The notes: generated by a model not told the origin, from the sequence alone. A stretch of DNA of 64,000 nt from Eubacteriales bacterium (GCA_051868045.1 JBJDZN010000076.1:1935-65934); one strand, 5' to 3'; shown: positions 18,172 through 28,778, counted from the first letter of the stretch. Program-made: numbers and translations.

Positions 18172-18401
18172 AGTTTTGACAGGGCTTCGCACGGGAAGAC
18201 TTCTGCGCACTGCTGGGCGAATTCGTTGACGGGGGACTTTGTGCCGACATTCAGATGATCGCATACGGTTCCTGTACGGCGGACGCCCTGCCCGAAATCC
18301 GGATAGATCGGGAAAAAGCCCGGACGGTCTGCGCCGAGTGCAAATGGAAACTGTAACACCCGATCGTAGTTCATATTCTCACCCCAAAAGGAGGAACCGT
18401 T

Positions 18402-19361
18402 ATGTCCAAATCCTGTACCCGAAAAATCGGATCATGGCTGTATGCCGTTCTTGTGACCCTGTTTTCCGTTTCGATTCTGGTTCTGCTGATGGGCAGATTT
18501 CTCTGCATCCGCAATACGAAAAATCCTGCCGAAAAGCAGGATGAGCTTTTCCTTTTTGACGAAATAACCACCGTTATCTCTGACGAGGACGGCGACCGTC
18601 TCTATGTCTGCTATAATGATGCGTCCTGGGTCAATGTCTATGACTTGCAGGGGACCTTTCTGTGGGCGGTATCCACCCCTTATCTTCGAAATTCCTATTT
18701 TGAGATTCAGAACGGTTTCCTGATGATCTACGGTACGGCGAAGGATAATGCCTATCTCTACGACGCCCAAACCGGCGATTTTGCGGGGGAAATCCCGTTG
18801 GACCAATTGGACCTTGGCTATCAATGGATCAATGAAGCCGCCCCAATGGAGCCGGGGACGATCTGTTTCGATGCCTATCAGGTCTATCGGGTTGCCTCGG
18901 ACGGCAGTCTTGTCACCCTTGTAGACCGCCCGGGCTGGTATCTTCTTTTTCAGCCTTCCGTTGATTTATCGGTTGCCTTCGTTTGCGCCATACTGATCGG
19001 AATCGGGGTTCTGATCGGTAAAATCGGAGAGTCCCTCAGAGTACGAAAGCTCTATCCCGATGCCAAACCGTCGAAAAAAACAGAGAGGATCCTGACCTAT
19101 TTCCGGGTCACCTCTGCCGTTCAGATCATATACGCCGTCGCCAATATTGTCTGCGGATTTTACGGCGGCTTCCTGATTATCGGTATTTTTCCGGTCATGC
19201 TTCACTTTATCATCTCCAACATCATTCTGTATCATAAAACGGATGCCGTTTCCGTGAGCGAACTTGAAAAAGCCCTTATTGATCGGTGGAAAGCCCTGGA
19301 ATTTGCAACGGCGGTTATCGACTTTCTGTCTGTCATCGTTGCCACCGGACTGGCAGCCTGA
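18402..19361 (+). CDS. membrane protein (N-terminal TM, extracytoplasmic domain, C-terminal multi-TM block), function unknown
   Basis: 319-aa ORF with strong RBS AAAGGAGGAA. A 14-bp hairpin lies downstream at 19375..19406. Confidence 0.6.
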   Translation: MSKSCTRKIGSWLYAVLVTLFSVSILVLLMGRFLCIRNTKNPAEKQDELFLFDEITTVISDEDGDRLYVCYNDASWVNVYDLQGTFLWAVSTPYLRNSYFEIQNGFLMIYGTAKDNAYLYDAQTGDFAGEIPLDQLDLGYQWINEAAPMEPGTICFDAYQVYRVASDGSLVTLVDRPGWYLLFQPSVDLSVAFVCAILIGIGVLIGKIGESLRVRKLYPDAKPSKKTERILTYFRVTSAVQIIYAVANIVCGFYGGFLIIGIFPVMLHFIISNIILYHKTDAVSVSELEKALIDRWKALEFATAVIDFLSVIVATGLAA

Positions 19362-19434
19362 TTCATACGATGAAATGTGCCGCAACCGGTCACGGTTGCG
19401 GCACATGAGTTTCAGTAGTACCCGGACTGTCGGT

Positions 19435-20670
19435 TTATGCGGCCGTCCGGTCTGCTGTCAGGAAGAAGAGGAATCCCAGCAGGAACATGATTGCAAGGGT
19501 TCCGACGCCTGCATTCACATTGCCGCTGATCTGACTGACTGCGGCAACAAGGGTTGTACCCATGAAGGACGCTCCTTTTCCGCAGATGTCGTAGATGCCG
19601 AAATATTCCCCCGATTGCTCTGTCGGAATGATTTTGGCAAAATAGGAGCGGGACATCGACTGAATCGCTCCCTGAAACATGCCTACGCATACGGCGAGGA
19701 TCCAGAATTGATAAAGCCTGACCAGAAACAGCCCGTAGACGGCAATGAAGAAATAGGCGCCGATGCAGACCAGAATCAACTTTGCCGCCGAGACCTTTCT
19801 GGACAGCCGACCGAAAATCAGTGCAGAGGGAAACGCCACAATCTGCGTGACCAGAAGGGCGAGAAGCAGTCCCGTGGTATCCAGTCCCAACGCCGTTCCG
19901 TAGGCGGTTGCCATGTCGATGATGGTATAGACACCGTCGATAAAGAAGAAAAAGGCGATGAGAAACAGCAGAATCTTCTTTTTCTGTTTCAGCTCGACCA
20001 TAACATGACCCAGTCGCTTGAAGCTGGAGCGGACCGGATGACGGTCGGCCTCTATGTAATGAACCTGACGGTAGCTGATCAGCAGGGGAACGGTCATGAT
20101 GATCCACCAGGCGGATACGATCAGAAAGGAGAGCGCCATGGCGGACTCCAGTGTCAGTCCCAGCTTGTCATAGAAAAGCACCATTGCCAGACAAACGAGA
20201 AAGGGAAGACAGCTTCCGATGTAGCCCCAGGCGTAACCGTGAGCGGAAACCTCGTCCATGCGTTTTTCGTCTGTGATGTCGGTCAGCATGGAATCATAAA
20301 GGACAAGACTTAAGGAATAGGCGGATTTCGCCAGAATAAAGGCGCCGAGAAACCAGATCCACGATTTCAGAATGCCCAGCAGAATACAGCAGGCGGCGCC
20401 GACGATCAAAAAACAGGCGAAGAGTTTCTTTTTCCAGTTCTTCAGATCGGACATGGTGCCAAGGGTTGGACCCAGCACGGCGGTAACGACGGTGGAAACG
20501 GAAAGCGCATATCCCCAGTATGCCATGTAATTGACATCGGACACGCCGGCGCTTCCGGCCAGATAGTTAAAGTAAATGGGAATGACGGTCGAAACCAGCA
20601 GGGTAAAGGCTGAATTTCCCACATCGTACAGGATCCACTTTTTTTCCAGATGAGTCAGCTTGAATTTCAT
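19435..20670 (-). CDS. MFS transporter (UMF1/Atg22-like)
   Basis: About 12 predicted TM helices. The N-terminus KKWILYDVGNSAFTLLVSTVIPIYF is typical of the UMF1 family. Start at Met17 of the track ORF. Confidence 0.75.
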   Translation of the reverse strand: MKFKLTHLEKKWILYDVGNSAFTLLVSTVIPIYFNYLAGSAGVSDVNYMAYWGYALSVSTVVTAVLGPTLGTMSDLKNWKKKLFACFLIVGAACCILLGILKSWIWFLGAFILAKSAYSLSLVLYDSMLTDITDEKRMDEVSAHGYAWGYIGSCLPFLVCLAMVLFYDKLGLTLESAMALSFLIVSAWWIIMTVPLLISYRQVHYIEADRHPVRSSFKRLGHVMVELKQKKKILLFLIAFFFFIDGVYTIIDMATAYGTALGLDTTGLLLALLVTQIVAFPSALIFGRLSRKVSAAKLILVCIGAYFFIAVYGLFLVRLYQFWILAVCVGMFQGAIQSMSRSYFAKIIPTEQSGEYFGIYDICGKGASFMGTTLVAAVSQISGNVNAGVGTLAIMFLLGFLFFLTADRTAA

Positions 20671-20686
20671 GTTTGTCCGCCTTTTC

Positions 20687-21544
20687 TTACAGTATAATGT
20701 CCTGCCAGCCTTCTTCAAAAGAGAAGGTCCGTTGAAAGCGTGGATCCGGAGGCTGATTATCGCATACGACCCTTTGCAGATTGTCGGTCAGCTCAAGACA
20801 GAAAGAAACGGCGTCTTCCATCCTTTTCAGCAGACCCGCATTGCTGTCCATGCAATCGGGATTCGGCTCCCGATTCATCATCAGCCCGTGCATCTCCTTG
20901 TAGTTTCCGGTCAGGCGAAGCATGGCGCAGATCAGATGTTTCTTTATTGGATTGGAAACGAGCAGAAGATTATTGTGCGAAATCATGGATTTCATGGATT
21001 TTTCCACATTTTTCGCCGTCAAAGTTGGAAAAAAGGGAGCAATCAGCTCTGCATTCTCACGGGAAGGAAGGATATGATCGGTCAGACGCTTTCGGATCGG
21101 GTCCTCGCCGTCCCGAACCAGAAGAAAACGGTCAAACTCCACCTCGATTTCAGTGTGAGTAATTCCGCTGACCGCAATCTTTTTCTCCACATAGCTGTGG
21201 CAGGAGGCGTCCAGGGCAAAATGACAGAGAAAGCCGCAGACATAGGCCAGCCGCCGATCGTACAACGAAGGGTTTTCGACGGCCTCCTTCAGCAGTTCGG
21301 CCGCTCTCTGAAAGAAGGTCCAAGCCGGTTCGGAATGCAGGGAATATCCCACATGATTCACCGGATTGTTGAATAAGGCTCCGTAATAGAACAGGATGTC
21401 CGGCCCGTGCAGACCGATCCTGAACAGGGGCAGATAGGGCGATATTTTTTCTTTTAACGCATCAGGGTATTTCTGATAGATTTCCTGACCGAAAACATAG
21501 TGCGCATAGGTTGAAGGCACGATGGCTCCCCCATTTCTCATCAA
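20687..21544 (-). CDS. zinc-dependent phospholipase C-like family protein
   Basis: N-terminal THxxxG-type motif (YAHYVFGQ), HGPDILFYY, and His-rich motifs further on. The true start is probably the GTG at 21520, which has GGGGGAG 5 nt upstream. Confidence 0.6.
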   Translation of the reverse strand: MMRNGGAIVPSTYAHYVFGQEIYQKYPDALKEKISPYLPLFRIGLHGPDILFYYGALFNNPVNHVGYSLHSEPAWTFFQRAAELLKEAVENPSLYDRRLAYVCGFLCHFALDASCHSYVEKKIAVSGITHTEIEVEFDRFLLVRDGEDPIRKRLTDHILPSRENAELIAPFFPTLTAKNVEKSMKSMISHNNLLLVSNPIKKHLICAMLRLTGNYKEMHGLMMNREPNPDCMDSNAGLLKRMEDAVSFCLELTDNLQRVVCDNQPPDPRFQRTFSFEEGWQDIIL

Positions 21545-21567
21545 ATTTCACTTGTCACAATCCTATC

Positions 21568-21888
21568 ATGTCCAATGAAAATGTGCTATCTTATCTGTGC
21601 AAAAAGTATGTAAAATGTAAGAAAAATTTCGAGTACCCGCAGGAAGCTGCCCTTTGTATGGCCGCTCAGCCTGAGGTGGATTTTACAGAGTATACCACGG
21701 TTTCACCGGAGTATGTGTATGTCAATAGCTTGTTTGTTCCGTTTTATGCCATTTATAAGGATCTCGGCAAAAACAAATCCGGAATGAATGTATATGCCAA
21801 GATCTATGTTCCGGCAGTGGAGCCGGAAGGGCTGGAGGAATACTTCAATATGCGGACCGCGATGCACCCTTTGAACCCGAAAAGTTGA
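21568..21888 (+). CDS. small hypothetical protein (weak call)
   Basis: 106-aa ORF with lower GC than its neighbours and no convincing RBS. A GC-rich hairpin (21919..21956) follows it. Confidence 0.3.
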   Translation: MSNENVLSYLCKKYVKCKKNFEYPQEAALCMAAQPEVDFTEYTTVSPEYVYVNSLFVPFYAIYKDLGKNKSGMNVYAKIYVPAVEPEGLEEYFNMRTAMHPLNPKS

Positions 21889-22105
21889 CGCAGAAAGCAA
21901 AGGATCGCCGACGGGCAACAAAGGCGGCTCCCCCCAAAATGGGGGAGCCGCCTTTGCATCCGAAGAGAAAACCTGCCAATCCGGCTGTCGGACTTTTCCC
22001 AAAAGAGGCGTTTGGTCATCGAAAAGTCCTTTTTTGCAATAAAAATATCATACATTTTTTCAAAAAGCCCTTCCCAAAAACGGTCAACGGTGTTATAATC
22101 AGTAT

Positions 22106-22120
22106 TGACCGATTCGGTCA
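22106..22120. promoter_or_regulatory. candidate TetR operator
   Basis: Perfect palindrome TGACCGA-T-TCGGTCA between the TGT-TATAAT -10 box (22091..22099) and the tetR-family start codon. Confidence 0.55.
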
Positions 22121-22131
22121 GCGAGGTGTCT

Positions 22132-22770
22132 ATGAACGAAAAGTTTTACCATCTTCCGCCGGAGAAGCAACAGAGAATTCTGAATGCGGGCTATCGGGTA
22201 TTTGCGCAGAACAGCTATAAGAAAAGCCCCATGAGCGAAATCGCCGATGCCGCAGGGATCAGCAAGTCACTGCTGTTCCATTATTTCCGGAACAAAAAGG
22301 AGCTTTATCTGTATTTGTGGGATACGGGTGCCCGTATTACCATAAAGTATCTGAATGCCTACAAGTGCTATGAGCCTGCCGATCTGTTTGAAATGATGGA
22401 GCGGGGAATGCGTGCCAAACTGCGGATCATGAAGCAGTATCCTCATATGGCTGCCTTCGTTGTCAAAGCCTTTTACGAAAAGGATACGGAAATCAGCAGG
22501 GAAATACAGAGCAGTTATCGGAAGTATTTTGACCAAAAAGCCGCAAATGCGCTGGCGTCGCTGAATCCCGACGATTTTGTCCCGGGACTGGATCTTCAGA
22601 TGATGTATCGGGAGATGTACTGGGCGTCGGAGGGCTATCTGTGGGAGATGCTGGGGCAGGGCGGACTGGATGCCGATCGGATGGAGAAAGATTTCGAGCG
22701 TCTGCTTCGGTTCTGGAAATCGGTCTATAAACGAAAGGAGAAGCAGGATGAAAGCGATCACAACGACTGA
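22132..22770 (+). CDS. TetR/AcrR family transcriptional regulator
   Basis: N-terminal HTH FAQNSYKKSPMSEIADAAGISKSLLFHYFRNKKELY. GAGGTG RBS. Confidence 0.85.
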   Translation: MNEKFYHLPPEKQQRILNAGYRVFAQNSYKKSPMSEIADAAGISKSLLFHYFRNKKELYLYLWDTGARITIKYLNAYKCYEPADLFEMMERGMRAKLRIMKQYPHMAAFVVKAFYEKDTEISREIQSSYRKYFDQKAANALASLNPDDFVPGLDLQMMYREMYWASEGYLWEMLGQGGLDADRMEKDFERLLRFWKSVYKRKEKQDESDHND

Positions 22771-23638
22771 TCTGACCAAGTATTACGGAAAATCCCGCGG
22801 CATTGAGGGTGTCAGCCTTTCCGTTGAGGAGGGGGATTTCTTCGGGTTCATCGGACCCAACGGCGCAGGAAAAAGCACCACTATCCGCATTCTGCTGGGG
22901 CTGATCACGGCAAGCAGCGGGTCTGCTGAAATCTTCGGGAAGGATGTGACGAAACACAAATGCGCCATTCTGGAAAATGTGGGCTATCTTCCCTCGGAGA
23001 CGATGTTCTATAACGGAATGCGGGTGAAGGACATCCTTCGTCTGTCCGCCGATCTTCGAAAAAAGGACTGCACCGCCGAGGCAAAACGGCTGTGCGATCG
23101 GCTGGAACTGGACCCCTCCCGGAAGATTGAGGAACTGTCCCTTGGCAACCGGAAAAAGGTGGGCATCGTCTGCGCCATGCAACATAGTCCCAAACTCTAC
23201 CTTCTCGATGAGCCCACAAGCGGACTGGACCCATTGATGCAAAGAGAGTTCTTCTCTCTTTTGAAGGAGCGAAATGAGGATGGTGCCACGGTGTTCCTGT
23301 CCTCCCATATCCTGTCGGAGGTACAACGTTACTGCAAACACGCCGCCGTGATCCGGGAGGGAAGAATTCCGGTGTGCGACAGCGTGGAAAATCTCGGTCA
23401 TACCGGCGCAAAGCGGGTGACTCTCCGGGGCGTAAACGAACTGCCCGATCTGCCGGGAGTCAGGGATGCGGAGATCACGGCAGATTCGGTTACTTTCCTG
23501 TACAGTGGGAAACCAAATTTGCTTCTGAAAGCCCTGTCTGATCTGCCACTGACCGACGTCAACATTGCCGAGCCGGATCTGGAAGAGGTTTTCATGCACT
23601 TCTATGCAAAGGAGGAGGACGTTCATGACCATTCTTAA
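22748..23638 (+). CDS. ABC transporter ATP-binding protein
   Basis: Walker A GPNGAGKST, signature LSLGNRKK, Walker B LYLLDEPTSGLD. AAGGAG RBS. Overlaps the tetR-family 3' end. Confidence 0.9.
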   Translation: MKAITTTDLTKYYGKSRGIEGVSLSVEEGDFFGFIGPNGAGKSTTIRILLGLITASSGSAEIFGKDVTKHKCAILENVGYLPSETMFYNGMRVKDILRLSADLRKKDCTAEAKRLCDRLELDPSRKIEELSLGNRKKVGIVCAMQHSPKLYLLDEPTSGLDPLMQREFFSLLKERNEDGATVFLSSHILSEVQRYCKHAAVIREGRIPVCDSVENLGHTGAKRVTLRGVNELPDLPGVRDAEITADSVTFLYSGKPNLLLKALSDLPLTDVNIAEPDLEEVFMHFYAKEEDVHDHS

Positions 23639-24410
23639 ACACGAACTCAAACGGGGCAGAAACGCTCTTTTGATTTGGACAGCAGCCGTCGCCTTCATGC
23701 TGGGACTTTGCGTGCTGATCTACCCGGAGATGTCCGCCCAGATGGGGGATGTCAGTGACTTGTTTGCCAATATGGGCAATTTTTCCGCCGCCTTTGGCAT
23801 GGATCGGATCAATTTCGGGGAATTTGTCGGCTTCTTCGAGGTGGAATGCGGCAATGTGATGGGTCTGGGCGGCGCATTCTTTGCGGCACTTCTGGGGATT
23901 TCTGCGCTGGCAAAGGAAGAAAGGGAGCATACCGCCGAATTCCTGTTGACACACCCGATTTCAAGAACCCGGGTTCTTGTCGACAAGCTCCTGACCATTC
24001 TCCTTCAGATCGTGATCTTCAACGGAATTATCATCGCCGTCACCGCAGTCTGCGTATGGATCATCGGGGAAGATGCGCCTGTGAAACCCCTTGCCCTGAT
24101 GTTTCTCGCCTATTTTCTGATGCAGCTTGAGATTGCCGCCGTCACTTTCGGCATTTCCGCCTTTCTGCACCGTAGCAGTCTGGGTATCGGTCTCGGACTT
24201 GCCGCCCTGTTCTATTTTCTGAATATTATCGCCAACCTGACCGAAAGCGCAAAATTTCTCAAATACCTGACTCCCTTCGGCTACACGGACGGTGCCGATA
24301 TCATCGCCAACGGTTCCATCAATGGGGGCTGTCTGGCAGTTGGGATCGCCTTCGCAACCGTCGGTATTTTACTGGCATTTTGGAAATATCGGGGAAAGGA
24401 CATTGCCTGA
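23625..24410 (+). CDS. ABC-2 type transporter permease
   Basis: Six hydrophobic segments. AAGGAGGAGG RBS. The start overlaps the ATPase gene by 14 nt. Confidence 0.75.
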   Translation: MTILKHELKRGRNALLIWTAAVAFMLGLCVLIYPEMSAQMGDVSDLFANMGNFSAAFGMDRINFGEFVGFFEVECGNVMGLGGAFFAALLGISALAKEEREHTAEFLLTHPISRTRVLVDKLLTILLQIVIFNGIIIAVTAVCVWIIGEDAPVKPLALMFLAYFLMQLEIAAVTFGISAFLHRSSLGIGLGLAALFYFLNIIANLTESAKFLKYLTPFGYTDGADIIANGSINGGCLAVGIAFATVGILLAFWKYRGKDIA

Positions 24411-24564
24411 TGCCGATTCTTCTCATTATTTTTTGAACTCGTCCACTTTTTGCACAAATATGTCCGATTTTCATCTTGCAACTTTATGGAATTTGTATTA
24501 TAATAATAAAAAAACCGCCGATTAACGGGCTAACAAGAAAATCGGCAAGGAAAGGTTGAATCAA

Positions 24565-27057
24565 ATGAAAAGAATCCTGTCAATTCTCGTTGCACTTGCG
24601 ACGCTTGTCACCTTTGCGTCCTGCAACAGAACACCGCCTTCTCCCTCTTCATCGGTAGAGTCCGGGACAACCGGAACCACCGAACTGGTTCCGTCGGGAA
24701 ATGCACCGACGATCACGCCTATCGAGCAGACAGAGATCCAAAAGGAGTCCATTATGAATGTATCGGGAAATTCCTTTACTCAGACCTATGAAAATCCTCT
24801 GATTACTTTGACGACTCCGAATGTCTGGCCGAATTATGGCGTCGGAGATCCCTTTGTCATGCGCTGGAACGGAAGATACTATCTTTACTGCTCCACCAAG
24901 GACGGCAGTCTCGGTATCCAGTGCTGGACCTCGGATGATCTGATTACATGGAAGTATACGGGTCTGTGTGCAAGGGAAGTGGAAACGGTGACAGCCTACG
25001 CTCCCGAGGTTGTCTACTATAACGGTTATTTCTATATGTATACCTCTCCTGCCGGAAACGGTCACTATGTGCTGAGAAGCGAGTCGCCCACCGGTCCCTT
25101 CAAGGTAATAACCGGGAACTTCGGTCACTCCATAGACGGCAGTGTCTTCATCGACGACGACGGCAAATGGTATTTCTACTGCGCAAGCGGCAGCGGAATC
25201 ATGGTTTATCCCATGACGGCTCCCGATCAGATTTCGGATACGGGATCCAATACCGGTGCCAATATGAACGGCTGGACCGAAGGACCTATGGTTATCAAGG
25301 TCAACGGTGTTTATTATCTGACCTATACCGGTAACCACGTCTGGTGTAACGGTTATCGAATCAACTATGCGACCTCTACCCGTTCCCCTACCTATTTTAC
25401 GGCGGCAGATAACAACCCGATTCTGGTAAATACCCTCGACCTGCCTCAGGGAATCGGACATAGCTCTACCGTAATGGGTCCGAATATGGACAGCTATTAC
25501 ATCGTCTACCATTCCTCTCTCGGTGCGCCCAAGAGAGAAATGCGTATTGACAGACTGGTGTTCAACGGCTCCACAATGGAGGTGCTGGGTCCCACTACCA
25601 GTGATCAGCAGGCTCCCGAAATGCCCGATTTGTACTCTTATTTCACCGACAGTGCCGATCTTGACACCTGGTATTCCGACGGTGCAGCGATCTCCAACAG
25701 TGTGATGACCCTCAGCGACGGCGGATGGGTATTGGCAAAGTATTCGTACGGTGAAAATTATACCGCTGAGTGCAATGTGGCATCCATAAACGGCGGCAAG
25801 GCGGGTATGGTATTCAGCTTTACCAATGAGTACAACTACGGAACCGCCCTCTTTGATCCCGACGGACAGAAGCTGATCATCACCTTTATGGTCAACGGTG
25901 TTCCTACCGTCTATGAGCAGGCACTGAAAAACTCCTTCAAGGAGAATACCGATTTCACCAAGCTTCAGCTTCTGACGGTCCGTAAGGATGGCGGCAGCTT
26001 CACCTTCCTTGTCAACAACCGCACCCTTTGCACGCTTGCATCCGATCTCGGAACCGGTGCCTTCGGTGCCACTGCTGAGGGAGGAACCGCTACCATCGGC
26101 TTCATGGGCATTACCGGGGATGCCAACCAGTCCTCGATCAAGAGTTACTTCAAGCCGGTGTCCGGATCCCTTCAGGCAATCACCTGTGTTGAGGATGACG
26201 TGACGACTACCGCATATCAGAAGAAGTATCTGGTCAGCCTTGGAACGGACGGACATCTGAACTATCTGGTCAATGTGGCAGCAACTGCGGGCTACGATCT
26301 GGGAATCAGCTACCGAAGCTCGACAGAAACCAAACTGAAGTTCTATCAGAATCAAACCGAAATCGGGGAACTGACCCTTCCGTCCACCGACGGCAAGATG
26401 ACTACCGTTGTCTTCCGGAATCTTCCCATGACGGCGGGAATGTGTGCCATCACCTTTGTGGCAGCTTCCGGCTCCTGTGAGATCGAATCCTTTACCTTCC
26501 TTGAGTATGAAGCCGTCACTGCCATTGATCTGAATTACTCCAACCTTGCGGATAAGAATAAATATTCCGACGGAACATGGACGGTTGCAAACGGTGTGCT
26601 GAGTCTGGGCGGCGATACGCCTCTCGGAAAGCGTCTGTATGGCAGCGAGAGCTGGGGCGATTACACCGCCGAGGCGGATATTACCCTGAACAGCAGCACC
26701 ATCAACTTCGGTATGCTGGTTCGTGCCACCAATCCTTCGGTAGGCGGAGCAGGCAATGATGTTGTCGCCGGTACCGACTTTGTCCAGGGATACTTCATCG
26801 GACTGACCGGAAGTACCGTTGTGCTGGGTAAGCAGAACTACGGATGGGAGGTTCTGACCACGGCAGCCGTTACGACCAAGAACGGCGGAACCTATCATAT
26901 GAAGGTTGAGGCAATCGGCGCAACGCTGAGAGTATGGATTGACGGCAATCTGTTGATCGAGTATACGGATCCGGAGCCCTACCTCCAGGGACTGGTCGGC
27001 TTCAGAGGACATTACAGTGCCGCATCCGTTGATAACTTTACGGTAACTGCAAACTAA
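24565..27057 (+). CDS. GH43 glycoside hydrolase lipoprotein with two C-terminal LamG/DUF1080-like beta-sandwich modules
   Basis: Lipobox LVTFASC. GH43 five-bladed propeller motifs GDPFVMRWNGRYYLY, YAPEVVYYNGYFYMY, IDGSVFIDDDGKWYFY and TEGPMVIKVNGVYYLTY. The C-terminus WGDYTAEADI...GYFIGL...VDNFTV is typical of DUF1080/LamG. Confidence 0.85.
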   Translation: MKRILSILVALATLVTFASCNRTPPSPSSSVESGTTGTTELVPSGNAPTITPIEQTEIQKESIMNVSGNSFTQTYENPLITLTTPNVWPNYGVGDPFVMRWNGRYYLYCSTKDGSLGIQCWTSDDLITWKYTGLCAREVETVTAYAPEVVYYNGYFYMYTSPAGNGHYVLRSESPTGPFKVITGNFGHSIDGSVFIDDDGKWYFYCASGSGIMVYPMTAPDQISDTGSNTGANMNGWTEGPMVIKVNGVYYLTYTGNHVWCNGYRINYATSTRSPTYFTAADNNPILVNTLDLPQGIGHSSTVMGPNMDSYYIVYHSSLGAPKREMRIDRLVFNGSTMEVLGPTTSDQQAPEMPDLYSYFTDSADLDTWYSDGAAISNSVMTLSDGGWVLAKYSYGENYTAECNVASINGGKAGMVFSFTNEYNYGTALFDPDGQKLIITFMVNGVPTVYEQALKNSFKENTDFTKLQLLTVRKDGGSFTFLVNNRTLCTLASDLGTGAFGATAEGGTATIGFMGITGDANQSSIKSYFKPVSGSLQAITCVEDDVTTTAYQKKYLVSLGTDGHLNYLVNVAATAGYDLGISYRSSTETKLKFYQNQTEIGELTLPSTDGKMTTVVFRNLPMTAGMCAITFVAASGSCEIESFTFLEYEAVTAIDLNYSNLADKNKYSDGTWTVANGVLSLGGDTPLGKRLYGSESWGDYTAEADITLNSSTINFGMLVRATNPSVGGAGNDVVAGTDFVQGYFIGLTGSTVVLGKQNYGWEVLTTAAVTTKNGGTYHMKVEAIGATLRVWIDGNLLIEYTDPEPYLQGLVGFRGHYSAASVDNFTVTAN

Positions 27058-27077
27058 ACAGAGACCAAAGCCAAAAT

Positions 27078-27120
27078 ACGGGAGTGTTTCATCGGCATCA
27101 TGCCGATGAAACACTCCCGT
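27078..27120. terminator. bidirectional terminator between GH43 (+) and trmO (-)
   Basis: Perfect 21-bp-arm palindrome ACGGGAGTGTTTCATCGGCAT-C-ATGCCGATGAAACACTCCCGT. Confidence 0.75.
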
Positions 27121-27155
27121 TTGATCTTCTATGCGGCAGCCTTCGCCGCCGCCTT

Positions 27156-27857
27156 TTACGGTTTTTTCAAAACCTCACAGACCTCACAGACATGGAGGAC
27201 CCTGCCGTCTACCCGGAATCTGACCTCGTACTCCCCGTAGAACATACCGTAGATTCGCTCGGGGTCGTTTTGATAGGAGGGTCTGGGATCGCCGGCAAGA
27301 ACGCCGATCAGTCCGGCTCGCCTGTCCTCGGGAATGAGGCTTATCAGATCGGAAGGAAAGTCCACTTCCAGATGATAGTCCCGATAGGCGTCGGCAAAGC
27401 CGCCGATGGCGTCCGGAATGGCATCCACATGAGGAAGATAGGGCTTGATGTCCAGGATCGGCGTTCCGTCCATGAGATCGGCACCCGATACATGAATCAG
27501 AATTCCTTCAGTGGGGGAGACCTCCACCGACTCCAGTTTCACCACCGACAGTCCGATGGGATTGGGACGGTAGGGCGATCGGGTGGCGAAGACGCCCATG
27601 CGGCGGTTTCCGCCCAGCCTCGGCGGGCGGACGGTCGGCGACCAGTCCTGCCGGACGGCTTCGGAAAACAGCCATATCAGCCAGATGTGGGAGTAATCGG
27701 AAAGTCCCCGCAGAGCATCGGGATTCTGATATTCCTTTTCCGGTCGAATGATGCCCTGAAGTTCAGGAACCAGCCCCGATTGACGGGGAATTCCGAACTT
27801 CGTCGGAAAATCGGTGGAAATATGTCCAATGATCTTCATTGAAATTGCTTCTTGCAT
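27156..27857 (-). CDS. trmO: tRNA (N6-threonylcarbamoyladenosine(37)-N6)-methyltransferase TrmO (TsaA family)
   Basis: IGHISTDFPTKFGIPRQSG and FATRSPYRPNPIGLSVVKL motifs. Start at the Met with GGAGA 7 nt upstream. Confidence 0.8.
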   Translation of the reverse strand: MQEAISMKIIGHISTDFPTKFGIPRQSGLVPELQGIIRPEKEYQNPDALRGLSDYSHIWLIWLFSEAVRQDWSPTVRPPRLGGNRRMGVFATRSPYRPNPIGLSVVKLESVEVSPTEGILIHVSGADLMDGTPILDIKPYLPHVDAIPDAIGGFADAYRDYHLEVDFPSDLISLIPEDRRAGLIGVLAGDPRPSYQNDPERIYGMFYGEYEVRFRVDGRVLHVCEVCEVLKKP

Positions 27858-27923
27858 ACGGTTTTCTCCAATCAAAAAACTGCCGCAGATGCGGCAGTTT
27901 TTGGTAACTGTTAAGCCAACGGA

Positions 27924-28778
27924 TTAGTGATAGAATGCGTCGGGAGTTGCGCCAAGCTCGAAGCAGCACTCACGTCCGCCCCATGCGTCCTTCATGATGA
28001 TGACGACATTGTTCTCGCCCTCAACCAGCAGGGACAGCATATCCTGAGAAGCAGGTTTCAGCCATTCTTCCTCGACGTAGGGATCAACATCCTTGAAGGT
28101 GTCGCCGGGAGTCCAGTCCTGAGGATCGCCGGTCAGATTGGTGTTCTTGTAGAATACCAGAGTGCCGTTGATGTAAACGGAAGGAGTGTTGTCATACCAC
28201 ATAATCATGTAGAGGTCTTCATAGTTTTCCTTGAACTCTTCAAGATTGTCAATGGTAAAGGTGGTGTAAAGCATCAGACCGTGATACTGATCGGTCCAGC
28301 CGATATCAGCATTGGCGTAACCGAAACCGGTAACGCTGCAATCACCGAAGGGTCCTACAGCAGTGTCGGTCCAGCTCTGGATGTCTTCCATAGCAGCATC
28401 AGGGATGGTTTCTGCGCCCATTTCCCAAGCGAAACCGGACATGTAATCGAGAAGCTCATCCTGAGCCTCGTCGTAGGTACCGTTAGGTCCGGATGCGGAG
28501 TAAGGGCAGTAGAATACCTTGTAGGCATAAACGCTGTCAGCCTCTACCAGAGGGAAGTCGGTGTAGAAAATGTCGAGACCGCCGTCATCAGAGTCGGGAG
28601 TCGAAGGCTCAGCATCAACCTTAGTGGTGGTAGTTGCCGAAGTCGTGGTAGCTGCCGAAGTTGTGGTAGCATCACCGTTGGTGGTGGTGTCGGGTTCGTT
28701 ACCGCCACAGGATGCAAGTGCTGCAGTCATGCTGACAATCATCAGAGCGGCAAGTAAAAGAGATACTTTTCTTTTCAT
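27924..28778 (-). CDS. lipoprotein with Thr-rich linker, function unknown
   Basis: Signal peptide plus lipobox LLAALMIVSMTAALASCGG and a TTTSATTT linker. AAAGGA RBS. Confidence 0.6.
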   Translation of the reverse strand: MKRKVSLLLAALMIVSMTAALASCGGNEPDTTTNGDATTTSAATTTSATTTTKVDAEPSTPDSDDGGLDIFYTDFPLVEADSVYAYKVFYCPYSASGPNGTYDEAQDELLDYMSGFAWEMGAETIPDAAMEDIQSWTDTAVGPFGDCSVTGFGYANADIGWTDQYHGLMLYTTFTIDNLEEFKENYEDLYMIMWYDNTPSVYINGTLVFYKNTNLTGDPQDWTPGDTFKDVDPYVEEEWLKPASQDMLSLLVEGENNVVIIMKDAWGGRECCFELGATPDAFYH

